From Bacillota bacterium (lineage in GTDB: Bacteria; Bacillota; Clostridia; Acetivibrionales; JANLFN01), in contig JAEZTC010000009.1 of assembly GCA_023421675.1 (NCBI GenBank), forward strand, positions 52,408 to 116,407: DNA of 64,000 nucleotides, given 5' to 3'. The notes under the pieces were generated by a model. That model did no database searches and was not told where the DNA came from. It was given only the letters and a program-made list of their open reading frames with translations. Positions 53,905-63,190 of this stretch are shown piece after piece. The position numbers and the translations under genes were made by a program. The stretch's first letter is position 1. Each line of letters begins with the position of its first letter.

Positions 53905-55478
53905 ATATCCTCCTGCTTGTCCCCGGTTTGTGCCGGTTTTTTTACTAATCTTCTTTTTACTGAATTGAGCATAGCGTAAGCTTCTTCAACCTTTAAGATA
54001 TATGTACAGACGAAGTACACAGTACCTCCGACAGCAACCGGAACAAAAAGCTTTATTCCCTTTTCAATGATATTTCCACCCAGACTTATTCCGCCTAATA
54101 GATGATTTATACATATTACTGCTGCAAACATTACAGCACTTGATGTAAGTATTTTTACAATTGTAATTAATAAACTGTTTATATTAAAAGTCTTTACTTT
54201 TTTCTTCATCATTAACATGATAATGACCGCACCAGTTATGGCTGAAATCGAGTATGCCAGAGGGATACCCAGTACTCCCATCACCTGAATAAGTATCAGG
54301 CTTGCACCTATATTTACAGCCATTATTATAACACCGTTAACAGCAGGTCTTACAGTATCTTTAAGCGAATAAAAGGCCCTGTCCATAACCTCTTTGATCC
54401 CTATGCCCAATACACTGAAGGCATACAAAGCAAGTATGTCGCTGGAAAGCGATATATTGTCGGGAGTGATTTTATTACCCCATCCCATAAGGAAGCTCAT
54501 CAGCTGGTACCTTACTCCTATAAAGCCCGCAGCAGCAGGTATAAGGAAAAACACAACTGATTTTAAAGCCTTTTGAAGGTGCGTATTAAAGCCATCCATT
54601 TCACCTCGTGCAGCCATCATGGTCAGCTTGGGATAAATAACTGCGGTCAGCGAATAGACAAGCGCAAGTATCGAGTAAAGTACTGTATACTGTACAAAAT
54701 ACATAATTGTTACAGTGTTCTTGAAGTTTGCAGTAACGGTTATATTAAAGAAAAGATTTATCTGGTATGCCGACGTTCCTATTAACACTGGCGGTATAAG
54801 CTTTAAAGCCTTTTTTACATCTTCATCCCTGAAATTGAAAGATGGTTTAAACCTGTATTCGGTTTTATAAAGCGGCGGAATAAGTACAATCGCCTGAAAC
54901 GCAAGGCCAATGAATGTTGCAATCAAAAGTCCGGTAACCCCGAATTTGTTTCCTGCTATAAACACATATAAAATTACAATCAAACTGCTTGGTATACTTA
55001 CTGCCGCCGGAGCCGCAAACTTTCCGAGAGATTGGAGCAGACCCTGGAAAATATAATTAAGAGCATAAAAAATCATGACGGGGAACATTATGCATAATGC
55101 CAGCACAGCAAAGCCATAACCGTCTGTTTTAAACTTTGTAAGGCTGATTATAAGCGGAGATATTGCCATTCCTATACCTGATAATATAATTGTAGCAATT
55201 ACTGAGAGACTGGTTATATTGTTAGCAAATTTAAATGCCCGTTCCTTTTCATTTGTACCCAAAAAGCCTGCAAAAGTTGGAATTACAGCAATTGTAATTG
55301 CAGTTCCAAGGATTGTGAATATGGTATTTGGCAAAGTTATTGCGTAATTATAGATATTTATTTCGGTGCTTTCAACACCAAAGAAATTGGTATAAACCAT
55401 TGTCATTATAAAAGCCATAAACCTTGAAAAAAGCATTATGACCATTACAAGTCCAACGGTTTTCGCAGTGCTTTTCAT
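53901..55478 (-). CDS. MurJ/MviN-like MOP-superfamily flippase
   Basis: 525 aa with about 14 TM helices. The N-terminus KTVGLVMVIMLFSRFMAFIMTMVYTNFFG is MurJ-like. It has a 4-nt overlap with the downstream acetyltransferase gene. Confidence 0.8.
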   Translation of the reverse strand: MKSTAKTVGLVMVIMLFSRFMAFIMTMVYTNFFGVESTEINIYNYAITLPNTIFTILGTAITIAVIPTFAGFLGTNEKERAFKFANNITSLSVIATIILSGIGMAISPLIISLTKFKTDGYGFAVLALCIMFPVMIFYALNYIFQGLLQSLGKFAAPAAVSIPSSLIVILYVFIAGNKFGVTGLLIATFIGLAFQAIVLIPPLYKTEYRFKPSFNFRDEDVKKALKLIPPVLIGTSAYQINLFFNITVTANFKNTVTIMYFVQYTVLYSILALVYSLTAVIYPKLTMMAARGEMDGFNTHLQKALKSVVFFLIPAAAGFIGVRYQLMSFLMGWGNKITPDNISLSSDILALYAFSVLGIGIKEVMDRAFYSLKDTVRPAVNGVIIMAVNIGASLILIQVMGVLGIPLAYSISAITGAVIIMLMMKKKVKTFNINSLLITIVKILTSSAVMFAAVICINHLLGGISLGGNIIEKGIKLFVPVAVGGTVYFVCTYILKVEEAYAMLNSVKRRLVKKPAQTGDKQEDI

Positions 55479-55516
55479 GTATTAAAGTTCTCCTCAAAAT
55501 TTCTATATAACATTCA

Positions 55517-55725
55517 TGCTCTAAGCTGGTTTAATTTTGTTTTAAGACATATGTGGAGGGAGTCTGTTAATCCAAGCGAGGACAGCAAATTCACTGTTTG
55601 AGGCTAATAATTTCATGAAATTAATTCAGTATTATTTGCCGAGTTTGAATTTGCCCGAAGCTGAATTTACAGACTCTAAACCTCGTAACATCCGCTCTTA
55701 AAATAAAATTAAACCAACTCAAGCA
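55517..55725. repeat. approximately 209-nt imperfect palindrome (long-hairpin RNA or MITE-like element) filling the gap between the acetyltransferase and flippase genes
   Basis: The symmetry centre is at 55615/55616 (AATTTCA|TGAAATT). Perfect paired blocks are 55528..55538/55705..55715 (GGTTTAATTTT/AAAATTAAACC), 55560..55567/55669..55676 and 55585..55593/55646..55654. Several arm differences are transitions. It contains no ORF. Confidence 0.8.
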
Positions 55726-55727
55726 CT

Positions 55728-56330
55728 TTACGGTATCCAATATATATCTTCCTTCAAAATCCTGGCAGGATTGCCTCCCACAAGCACTCCGGGGGGAACA
55801 TCCTTTGTAACTACACTTCCTGCTGCTACAACAGCACCATCACCTATAGTCACACCTTTTAAAACAATTGAATTACACCCTATCCAGACATTGTCCCCTA
55901 TTTTAACAGGCTCTATAATTTCTGTCTGGCTGTTGAACTTGTGATAGTCCCTGTCCATTATACAAACATCCCAGGCAATATTGCTTCCCGAACCTATTTC
56001 AACCCTTTTGCCCGCATGTATCTCTGTTCTGTCTCCAATGGAGGTCTCATTTCCTATAAGTATCTCCGAGAAACACTCATTTCCCCAGGCGCTAAGCTTA
56101 ACATGCCTGTGAATCTGAACTTTTCGTCCCAAGTCAATCGCGGCATTTCTTTTAAGTACCCTTACACCTTTTTCAACACGCAGAAGTTTTCCGCAACTTC
56201 TTGTTTTAAATTTAAAAAATATACCTCTTATGAGTTTAATACCTTCCGACATCACTTGGAGCAGGGAACGTCCGGTTAAGGCCTTCCTGTCCAGCGTAAA
56301 TTCAGTTTTCTCTTTCAAGCCTGTTTCCAT
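55728..56330 (-). CDS. hexapeptide-repeat (LbH) acetyltransferase
   Basis: [47 protein letters not shown]. It is preceded by AGGAGG and a TG-extended TATAAT. Confidence 0.88.
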   Translation of the reverse strand: METGLKEKTEFTLDRKALTGRSLLQVMSEGIKLIRGIFFKFKTRSCGKLLRVEKGVRVLKRNAAIDLGRKVQIHRHVKLSAWGNECFSEILIGNETSIGDRTEIHAGKRVEIGSGSNIAWDVCIMDRDYHKFNSQTEIIEPVKIGDNVWIGCNSIVLKGVTIGDGAVVAAGSVVTKDVPPGVLVGGNPARILKEDIYWIP

Positions 56331-56679
56331 TAGTCCCGCCTCCTGTCTTTTTTATCAATTATGCTGTACTGATTATACCATTAGATTTTTAATTATGCCA
56401 TAAGGATAAAATTAATTGAGGCTGTGCTTTTGGCACAGCCTCTATATATACATACGGGCATTTTATAACAGAGGGGTAGACATTGCCCGTTTGCTTTTTT
56501 AATTTAATTATTCTTGTAATAAATATAGCTCAAATTTGTTTAAAAATTATATCTAAATTATTAATAATTTGTGAACTTTTATAGATGTTATTAATCCTCA
56601 TAAATCAGGCTTTTCTTTACTTGTTACTGTTGTTTTGATATGATTGTATCGATACAATTTTTGGATAAGGCGGAATACT

Positions 56680-58182
56680 ATGCTTGAAATATTTAATTCA
56701 ATTATATTGGACAAAAACATAAAAACTCCATTATATGTTCAGCTACAGGGAAAGCTTCAGCAACTGATAACCGAAGGTATACTGACACCGGGTTTAAGGC
56801 TTCCTTCTGTCCGTGAACTGTCAAAAAGCCTTGCTATAAATCAGATAACGGTCGTTTCTGCATACAGGCGGCTTGAAGAACTAGGTTTGTGCTATTCCAA
56901 GCCAGGTAGCGGTATATATGTTGAAAGCACTATTCCAAAAGTGGAAATTATAAAATCCCCCGGTGCAGAAATGATAACCGATGAATTATATATAAATGAA
57001 GATATTGCAATAATAAACGATGGTCAGGTCAAGGTTGACGAGAATACAATCAATTTCGCCAGTGCCACACCTGCCTCGGATTTGTTTCCGGTAGATGATT
57101 TCAAGACCGCTCTCGATGAAGTTCTGGAAAGGGATAAGGGAAACGCCTTTGCTTATCAGGAGAGCCAAGGCTACATGCCTTTGCTTGAATGTATTTTTGA
57201 TATTGTAAAAAACCAGATACGCTGCGAAAATACTGAAAGCATACAGGTTATATCAGGAGCACAGCAGGGAATAGATATTATATCTAAAGCCTTGTTAAAA
57301 CAGGGTGATTGTGTTATTGCCGAAAGTCCCACATATAAAGGTGCTGTGGCTGTATTCAAGTCAAGGGGTGCGGAAGTAATAGACATTGCAATGGAAGACG
57401 GCGGCCCCAGTATGAATATAATGGAATATCAGCTTAAGAAGTACAGACCCAGGTTGATTTACAGCATTCCTTCATTTCAGAACCCTACCGGATTTTCATA
57501 CACTAATGAAAATAGGAAAAAATTGCTTGAGCTTGCAGAAAAATATAACACATATGTTATAGAGGATGGGTATGTAAGCGACCTCGACTTTGAGAACAGG
57601 AATCTTAGCCCTCTTAAACAGCTGGACAAAAACGACAGGGTAATTTATATCAAAAGCTTTTCAAAGATATTTATGCCGGGCTTGAGGCTTGGGTTTATGG
57701 TTGTGCCTTATACGCTAAAGAACAATATACTTGAAGCAAAGCATACCACCGATATATCCACTTCCGGGCTTATTCAGCGTGCCTTTGATGTTTATATAAG
57801 AAAGGGCTTCTGGAATAGGCACATGGACTTTATGTATAACACTTATAAACAGCGCTATATGGATCTGGTTAAGTGTCTTGACAGCAATCTTCCAAAGGGA
57901 ATAACCTATACCAGACCCGGTGGCGGTCTTAATGTATGGCTTAACCTTCCTTACGGATTTCCGGTTAATACACTGCTGCTGCAGTCGGCAGCCCAAGGCG
58001 TGGTTTTCGCACCAGGAAGAATATTCTACGGCTCCAATTCAACACAAAAATCAAATAACATACGTTTGAGCTTTGCGGCAGTGGACAATCAGCAGATAAG
58101 TACAGGAATCGAAACATTATGCAGTATTGCAGGTAAACTAAGCAGTGATCAAAAACCTTATACAAGCATGCCTATTCTTTAA
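56680..58182 (+). CDS. MocR-family regulator (GntR-type HTH fused to a PLP-dependent aminotransferase-like domain)
   Basis: HTH LPSVRELSKSLAINQITVVSAYRRLEELG and an aminotransferase-fold domain with SFSKIFMPGLRLGF (the PLP Lys). The start is taken at Met13 of the track ORF. Confidence 0.88.
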   Translation: MLEIFNSIILDKNIKTPLYVQLQGKLQQLITEGILTPGLRLPSVRELSKSLAINQITVVSAYRRLEELGLCYSKPGSGIYVESTIPKVEIIKSPGAEMITDELYINEDIAIINDGQVKVDENTINFASATPASDLFPVDDFKTALDEVLERDKGNAFAYQESQGYMPLLECIFDIVKNQIRCENTESIQVISGAQQGIDIISKALLKQGDCVIAESPTYKGAVAVFKSRGAEVIDIAMEDGGPSMNIMEYQLKKYRPRLIYSIPSFQNPTGFSYTNENRKKLLELAEKYNTYVIEDGYVSDLDFENRNLSPLKQLDKNDRVIYIKSFSKIFMPGLRLGFMVVPYTLKNNILEAKHTTDISTSGLIQRAFDVYIRKGFWNRHMDFMYNTYKQRYMDLVKCLDSNLPKGITYTRPGGGLNVWLNLPYGFPVNTLLLQSAAQGVVFAPGRIFYGSNSTQKSNNIRLSFAAVDNQQISTGIETLCSIAGKLSSDQKPYTSMPIL

Positions 58183-58667
58183 TTCTTAAAAGGGTCTGCT
58201 TCATGACCTAACACATTAAGATATACTGAGTTATTGTCTCCGGTTAGGCACCAAAATAAATCTCCGTTAATGACAAAAAGATGAACATTTTCTGTTAAAA
58301 TACTTTTTGTTATTGGATAGCTCCTATGCTCAAAAATATTAATAATTTCTTCATATGTAACAGGCAATTCCCTTTTATCAACTTTACCATCTTCATAAAA
58401 TATGACCGCACATTCTTTTCGTGAGTCATTTTTTGCAATAGTTATAAAAGGACTATGAAAATATGGCATTGCAGCAACTTCTGTCAGTCCCAATTCAGCT
58501 AACTTATCCATATATCCGTCAGCTATGTAAAGTTTATCCCCAGCAATGGAGACAGGTATAGTGCTATCATTTTGTTTACCAGTCTGCTGTTTATCTCCTG
58601 TAGTACCGCATCCGGATAAAGCTATGCAAAAAGCAACTATAATAAAAGAGATTTTAATTTTTAACAA
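58179..58667 (-). CDS. lipoprotein of unknown function
   Basis: Signal peptide plus lipobox (FCIALSGC). Confidence 0.7.
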   Translation of the reverse strand: MLKIKISFIIVAFCIALSGCGTTGDKQQTGKQNDSTIPVSIAGDKLYIADGYMDKLAELGLTEVAAMPYFHSPFITIAKNDSRKECAVIFYEDGKVDKRELPVTYEEIINIFEHRSYPITKSILTENVHLFVINGDLFWCLTGDNNSVYLNVLGHEADPFKN

Positions 58668-58681
58668 ATTATATCACCTCA

Positions 58682-58828
58682 TTAATTCCACTGACGCTTG
58701 AAATAATGCCATGACCCCCATACAACCTGTATTAATTCCCAGCCCTGCTGTCCTAATTCATTTAAAGTTCTTATGGCATTTTCACCGGTTCCTTTTATAC
58801 GGATTACCTTATACTCAAACTTCTGCAT
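58682..58828 (-). CDS. DUF4177-like small protein (48 aa; below the ORF-track length cutoff)
   Basis: Own translation gives MQKFEYKVIRIKGTGENAIRTLNELGQQGWELIQVVWGSWHYFKRQWN. It is preceded by AGGGGGG, and the pattern (YEYKV...LNELG..GWEL) fits DUF4177. Confidence 0.6.
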   Translation of the reverse strand: MQKFEYKVIRIKGTGENAIRTLNELGQQGWELIQVVWGSWHYFKRQWN

Positions 58829-58903
58829 TGTTACCCCCCTGAAATACTTATATAGTAAGTTTACTAATAATTGTAAACTAATTCAATGATTTTTTCATAT
58901 TTG

Positions 58904-58938
58904 CAAAAACGAAAGCCCTGATACTTCTGTATCAGGGC
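58904..58938 (-). terminator. rho-independent terminator after hsp20
   Basis: Minus-strand GCCCUGAUAC-agaa-GUAUCAGGGC followed by UUUCGUUUUU. Confidence 0.85.
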
Positions 58939-58956
58939 CTAGTGCTATGCGCCTTT

Positions 58957-59409
58957 CTAATTTATCTCGATTGAACGGCTATTCCTTTTTTCAGTTTCGT
59001 TTTTAGGGAGGTTAATTGTAAGAATTCCGTCATTGTATTTTGCTGTAACCGCATCCTGATTTACATTTTCTACGGCGAAGCTTCTGCTGTAGGAGCCAAA
59101 CCTTCTTTCCTTCCTGATGAAACTGTCCCTTTCTTCATTGACTTCTTCGTTTCTTTCAATTGATACTGTAAGAACTTCATCTCTTAAATCCAACTTGATA
59201 TCTTCCTTTTTTGCACCAGGCATTTCAACATCTACAATGTATTCCTTACCTGTGTCACGGATATCAGCCTTCATTGGATGATCTACCGAGAAGAATGCAG
59301 GAAAGATATTGTCATCAAAGAAACTGTCAAAAATACTTCTCATTCCCCAGTCATCTTTTCTTTTTTCCAATCCATTGTTTTTTCTGTTATATGGTGTAAG
59401 TGAAAACAT
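58957..59409 (-). CDS. Hsp20/alpha-crystallin family small heat-shock protein
   Basis: Alpha-crystallin domain (DIRDTGKEYIVDVEMPGAKKEDIKLDL...GILTINLPK). Confidence 0.92.
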   Translation of the reverse strand: MFSLTPYNRKNNGLEKRKDDWGMRSIFDSFFDDNIFPAFFSVDHPMKADIRDTGKEYIVDVEMPGAKKEDIKLDLRDEVLTVSIERNEEVNEERDSFIRKERRFGSYSRSFAVENVNQDAVTAKYNDGILTINLPKNETEKRNSRSIEIN

Positions 59410-59438
59410 AGTTCTGCACCTCCGATTTTTTATTTTGT

Positions 59439-59513
59439 CCTTGACTTTCCTTGACCTTAATATAACATAGGTACAATTAGTCTTTCAAAACCCATTTTTG
59501 ACTTTCCCTGACC
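59439..59513 (-). promoter_or_regulatory. hsp20 promoter flanked by two CtsR operators
   Basis: On the minus strand, GGTCAGGGAAAGTCAAA (59513..59497), TTGAAA (59488..59483), 17-18 nt, TTATAT/TATATT (about 59665..59659 is NOT meant; the -10 lies at 59465..59459), then GGTCAAGGAAAGTCAAGG (59456..59439). Both operators fit (A/G)GTCAAA-NAN-(A/G)GTCAAA. Confidence 0.8.
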
Positions 59514-59559
59514 TACTTAATCATAAGAATTCAATTAGGCTTAATTATTGGCGTATATC

Positions 59560-61122
59560 TTAATTTTTCTTAATATTTCTTTTCTTTTTAAATCCAATTA
59601 AATTAAGAATTTCTTTTTTATCCATTGCCCCTACAACTACCATAAGACCCAATGCAATCAATACATATCCTATTATTGTAGCAAGAACAGTATAAGCCTC
59701 AGGCAGTTTGAAAATAGTAAAGAAGCTGTATATGTAACGCCCTGTGAAAAACATTATAATGCCTGCTAACCCTGGTCTTATAATCCAGTTACCTATGTCT
59801 ACCGCCATACTTGTCGCTTTTATTACAGAGTAAAGATTCATACCGCAGACAAGAATCGTACTGATTATAACACCCCACATATACCCCTGTATCCCGTGAA
59901 AAGGTACAAAATAGTATACAAAACCTATTCTTATTACCGAACCTATTACTGAGTTTCTTAAGGTAACAGCCTGTTTCCCAAGACCATTGAGTACTCCAAG
60001 AAGGGTTTGCTGCAAGTATATGAAAATGCATGTAAATGACATTATATAAAGCATTTGGCCAATATTTTGCTTGCGGTAAAGGAGGTTGCCTATTTCATTT
60101 GGGAAGGTCATAAACATGGATGTAAAAATAAATCCTAATATAAATGTGTATTGGATGGACTTTGATATCCTATAATTAACCGATTTAAAATCCTTCAGGG
60201 ATATTGCCTCAGAAATAGCCGGGACAAGGGTTGTTGCAAGCGATGAAGTCACAAGCGAAGGGAAGAAAATTAGCGGCATAGCCATTCCTGTCAATCTGCC
60301 ATACATTTCTATACTTTCGTGGTATACCAGTCCCCCGGCCATAAGCCTTCTTGGTATAAGTATATATTCCACTGCCGACATTGCAGAGGTTACAAACCTG
60401 TTAAAAGAAACAGGGACTGAAACCTTAAGCATTTCAATAATTATAAAACGTTTTCTTACAAACCCTTTCTTGGACAGATTCCTTGCCTTGCGCTTTTTAT
60501 ACTTGTAGACAATATAAAGTACAAGCATGTTGGCAATCTCTCCAAGTGCCATTCCAATAGTTGCAAGCGCACATGCGTATTCCAGACCAAGTTTGAGGAA
60601 AAAAGAGGCGGCCCCTATTACAAGCCCTATCCTTACCAACTGCTCCACTATCTGTGATATTGCAGTAGGAACAACATCCTGCATACCATAAAAATAGCCC
60701 TTGTATGCCGATGCTGCCGCTACTGCCGGTATGCATAATATAAGCATAAGCAATGAATAGTGCGTTCTCGGATCCTTTAATATTTTATTGGCTATGAAAT
60801 CTATGTTGAAATACATTAACACCGATATGAAAAGACCAACTGCCATAATAACAAAAAAAGCACACTTTGTAATCCTATGAATATTGATATGATGGCCTTT
60901 TGCCAGTTCAGAGGCAACCATACGTGATACTGCAATTGAAATTCCGGAAGTCAATGTAAGAACAATTAAGGTATAAACAGGGGCAATGAGCTGAAAAACA
61001 CCCATACCTTCAGCCCCAATGAGGTTAGATAAATAAATCCTGTAGACAAAGCCAAGGATTCTGACAATGAATCCGGCAAACATCAATATTATAGCCCCGC
61101 CCACAAAAGACCTTTTAGTCAT
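59560..61122 (-). CDS. SpoVB-like / polysaccharide-biosynthesis MOP-family flippase
   Basis: MTKRSFVGGAIILMFAGFIVRILGFVYRIYLSNLIGAEGMGVFQL is typical of stage V sporulation protein B-type flippases. The start is taken at Met33 (61122), preceded by GGGGTG. The track ORF extension would overlap the upstream gene. Confidence 0.8.
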   Translation of the reverse strand: MTKRSFVGGAIILMFAGFIVRILGFVYRIYLSNLIGAEGMGVFQLIAPVYTLIVLTLTSGISIAVSRMVASELAKGHHINIHRITKCAFFVIMAVGLFISVLMYFNIDFIANKILKDPRTHYSLLMLILCIPAVAAASAYKGYFYGMQDVVPTAISQIVEQLVRIGLVIGAASFFLKLGLEYACALATIGMALGEIANMLVLYIVYKYKKRKARNLSKKGFVRKRFIIIEMLKVSVPVSFNRFVTSAMSAVEYILIPRRLMAGGLVYHESIEMYGRLTGMAMPLIFFPSLVTSSLATTLVPAISEAISLKDFKSVNYRISKSIQYTFILGFIFTSMFMTFPNEIGNLLYRKQNIGQMLYIMSFTCIFIYLQQTLLGVLNGLGKQAVTLRNSVIGSVIRIGFVYYFVPFHGIQGYMWGVIISTILVCGMNLYSVIKATSMAVDIGNWIIRPGLAGIIMFFTGRYIYSFFTIFKLPEAYTVLATIIGYVLIALGLMVVVGAMDKKEILNLIGFKKKRNIKKN

Positions 61123-61207
61123 TACACACCCCGGCAAATATACTCTGATTATAAATACTAGAGGACTTGCCAAGTTATGCCTAAATAATAAGACAATCCT
61201 TATTAAC

Positions 61208-63043
61208 CTAAGGTACAATTATGCCGCGAATATTGCAGCTTGGAGCTTCAGTCCATCCCAATACTCTTGGGTCCTTGCTGAAATCAACAATCCAGCCTTC
61301 CTTGGAGGTATATACAATAAATTTTCTATTGGACAGCCATTTCACAGAAACCTGTGCATCTCTGGCTTTACCGTTAAGGACAATTTTTCTGAGGTTTTTG
61401 CCTTCCTTATCAATCAGGTTGACAGCTATGAATCCGTTTTCCATCTGAAGAACGCTGAAAAAAGCTTTATCAGGAGAGACCTGAATGCAATCTGAATATT
61501 CTAAAGTAAAATCCGAGGCAGAACTTTTTTTGGTAAGAAGGCTGCTGCTGCCCAATTTTACTGAAACAGTTCCGTTCATATAAACAACGCTGTTTGTTGG
61601 ATCATCAAAAACGATTATATAAGGACCGTTTTGAGACAGACTGTAAATATATTTAGTGTTTTGAGGAAGAGGCATTATCCATTTGTCTGAGCCGTTGGTT
61701 TCACAAAAAACATTAGTACCGTCAGTATAAAGGATATCGCCAGATACAGTATTACCCAGTCTCCGCCAATTGCTACCCACTGTGCCCATAAAACTGCCGC
61801 TGCCTTCAAAAAGCTCAGAACCGTTTTCAGTCTTCAAAAGTATTTTATTATTGGTTATCCATACAGCCTGAGTTCCATCACCCATGTACTCTGTATAAGA
61901 ACCGTCAGATCCTGCTGCATAATAGCCATAGCCATCTTTATAATGAATTACCCTTTTCCCGTCAGGAGAAAAAATCATATTACCCTTAAGAACAACCCTT
62001 CCTCCTCTTTCTATGAAGGTGTAATTACTGTTTTGCTCCTCGTTTGTAAGCGAAACTCTTTTATAATAACTGCCGTCCCTGTAATCCGAAAGTAATACGC
62101 CGCCATTAATGAGGTTTCCATCCGGGTCGCCGGTTTTAATTCTTGAAAAATAATTGCCGATTTTCTTTACATAGTCGTTCTCTATATCATAAATATATGA
62201 GGTATTCTGATTCATATCTGCCCAATACAGGTATCTCCCGTCTATCGACAGTGTTGCAGCGGGATTTATATTAACTAAATATGGATTGACCTTTTTGCCT
62301 CTACTTACAATGTAAATTTTATCATCTGTTTTGACTATACTTGTATTTCCTTTGGATGAGACATAGAACTTCTCATTTTGTGAAAAGCTGCCTTTTCTGT
62401 CCCAGAATTGTTTTTTGTTGAAAATATCTGAAACTTGTGCAAAACCGCCATTCTGCCTTAAAACCTGTATTTTGCTCTCATTACCATTTTCATAATCGGT
62501 ATAATAGTTAACAAAAGCGATGAAATCCTCGCCGTATTCATAGGTTTTAAAGCCTGGAACAGCAGAAAGAAGGTCTATAGGGACAAATACATGCTGCTTT
62601 GAAGGAACAGGGCATGCTGAAAGCATAATTTCCTTTCCGTTATATATGAAGCTTTCTTTATATAGCTTTATAGTCAGTTTCTTTTTATCAATAACCGTTT
62701 CAAAGATATCATCAGAACTGAAATAGCTGTACTTAATGCCAAGTAAATCCATAATGACATCAAAAGGAACAAAATATTGATTTTTACCTGCTACAAGAGC
62801 ACTCGCACCTTTAATACTTTGCCCGTTGAAGAAAAAGCCCGCTTCTTTTGCATTGTCAATGTTTATAAGCTTTTTATTCTGATTTGCAGCAACAGACTGC
62901 CCGGAAGATTGTCCCTTGATAAGCTGATCCTGCTTGGACAGCATTGTTACCGTAATATTTACAGCAATGTAAACAGCTGCAATACAAAGTATTGTAAGCA
63001 ACGAAACACCTATTATAAGTAACTTGCCACGTAAAAATCTCAT
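61208..63043 (-). CDS. membrane-anchored protein with a Cu-amine-oxidase-N-terminal-like domain and a beta-propeller-like C-terminal region
   Basis: N-terminal TM helix, a stalk-domain pattern (GKNQYFVPFDVIMDLLGIKYSYF...HVFVPIDLLSAVPGF), then repeated Gly/Tyr/Asp-rich beta-strand blocks. Confidence 0.6.
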   Translation of the reverse strand: MRFLRGKLLIIGVSLLTILCIAAVYIAVNITVTMLSKQDQLIKGQSSGQSVAANQNKKLINIDNAKEAGFFFNGQSIKGASALVAGKNQYFVPFDVIMDLLGIKYSYFSSDDIFETVIDKKKLTIKLYKESFIYNGKEIMLSACPVPSKQHVFVPIDLLSAVPGFKTYEYGEDFIAFVNYYTDYENGNESKIQVLRQNGGFAQVSDIFNKKQFWDRKGSFSQNEKFYVSSKGNTSIVKTDDKIYIVSRGKKVNPYLVNINPAATLSIDGRYLYWADMNQNTSYIYDIENDYVKKIGNYFSRIKTGDPDGNLINGGVLLSDYRDGSYYKRVSLTNEEQNSNYTFIERGGRVVLKGNMIFSPDGKRVIHYKDGYGYYAAGSDGSYTEYMGDGTQAVWITNNKILLKTENGSELFEGSGSFMGTVGSNWRRLGNTVSGDILYTDGTNVFCETNGSDKWIMPLPQNTKYIYSLSQNGPYIIVFDDPTNSVVYMNGTVSVKLGSSSLLTKKSSASDFTLEYSDCIQVSPDKAFFSVLQMENGFIAVNLIDKEGKNLRKIVLNGKARDAQVSVKWLSNRKFIVYTSKEGWIVDFSKDPRVLGWTEAPSCNIRGIIVP

Positions 63044-63190
63044 TAAAACTATCTCCGTAAAAACGTCAAAAATGTGTAAATTTCACTTTGATTATACCAG
63101 CCGTGTTTAATTCCTGCAAAATCTGCAAAGTAACTAAAACCTGTTCTAAAGTATTTCCATGTTTTATGCCATATTTAACCTTATAAGCAT

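Noticed and set aside
53224-53979. A cluster of overlapping ORFs on both strands around the GT4 and acetyltransferase genes (53224..53517, 53268..53495, 53411..53620, 53605..53979, 53648..53830).
   Set aside because: The hexapeptide-repeat frame (53353..53904) and the GT4 frame account for the region. The repetitive LbH coding sequence typically leaves alternative frames open.
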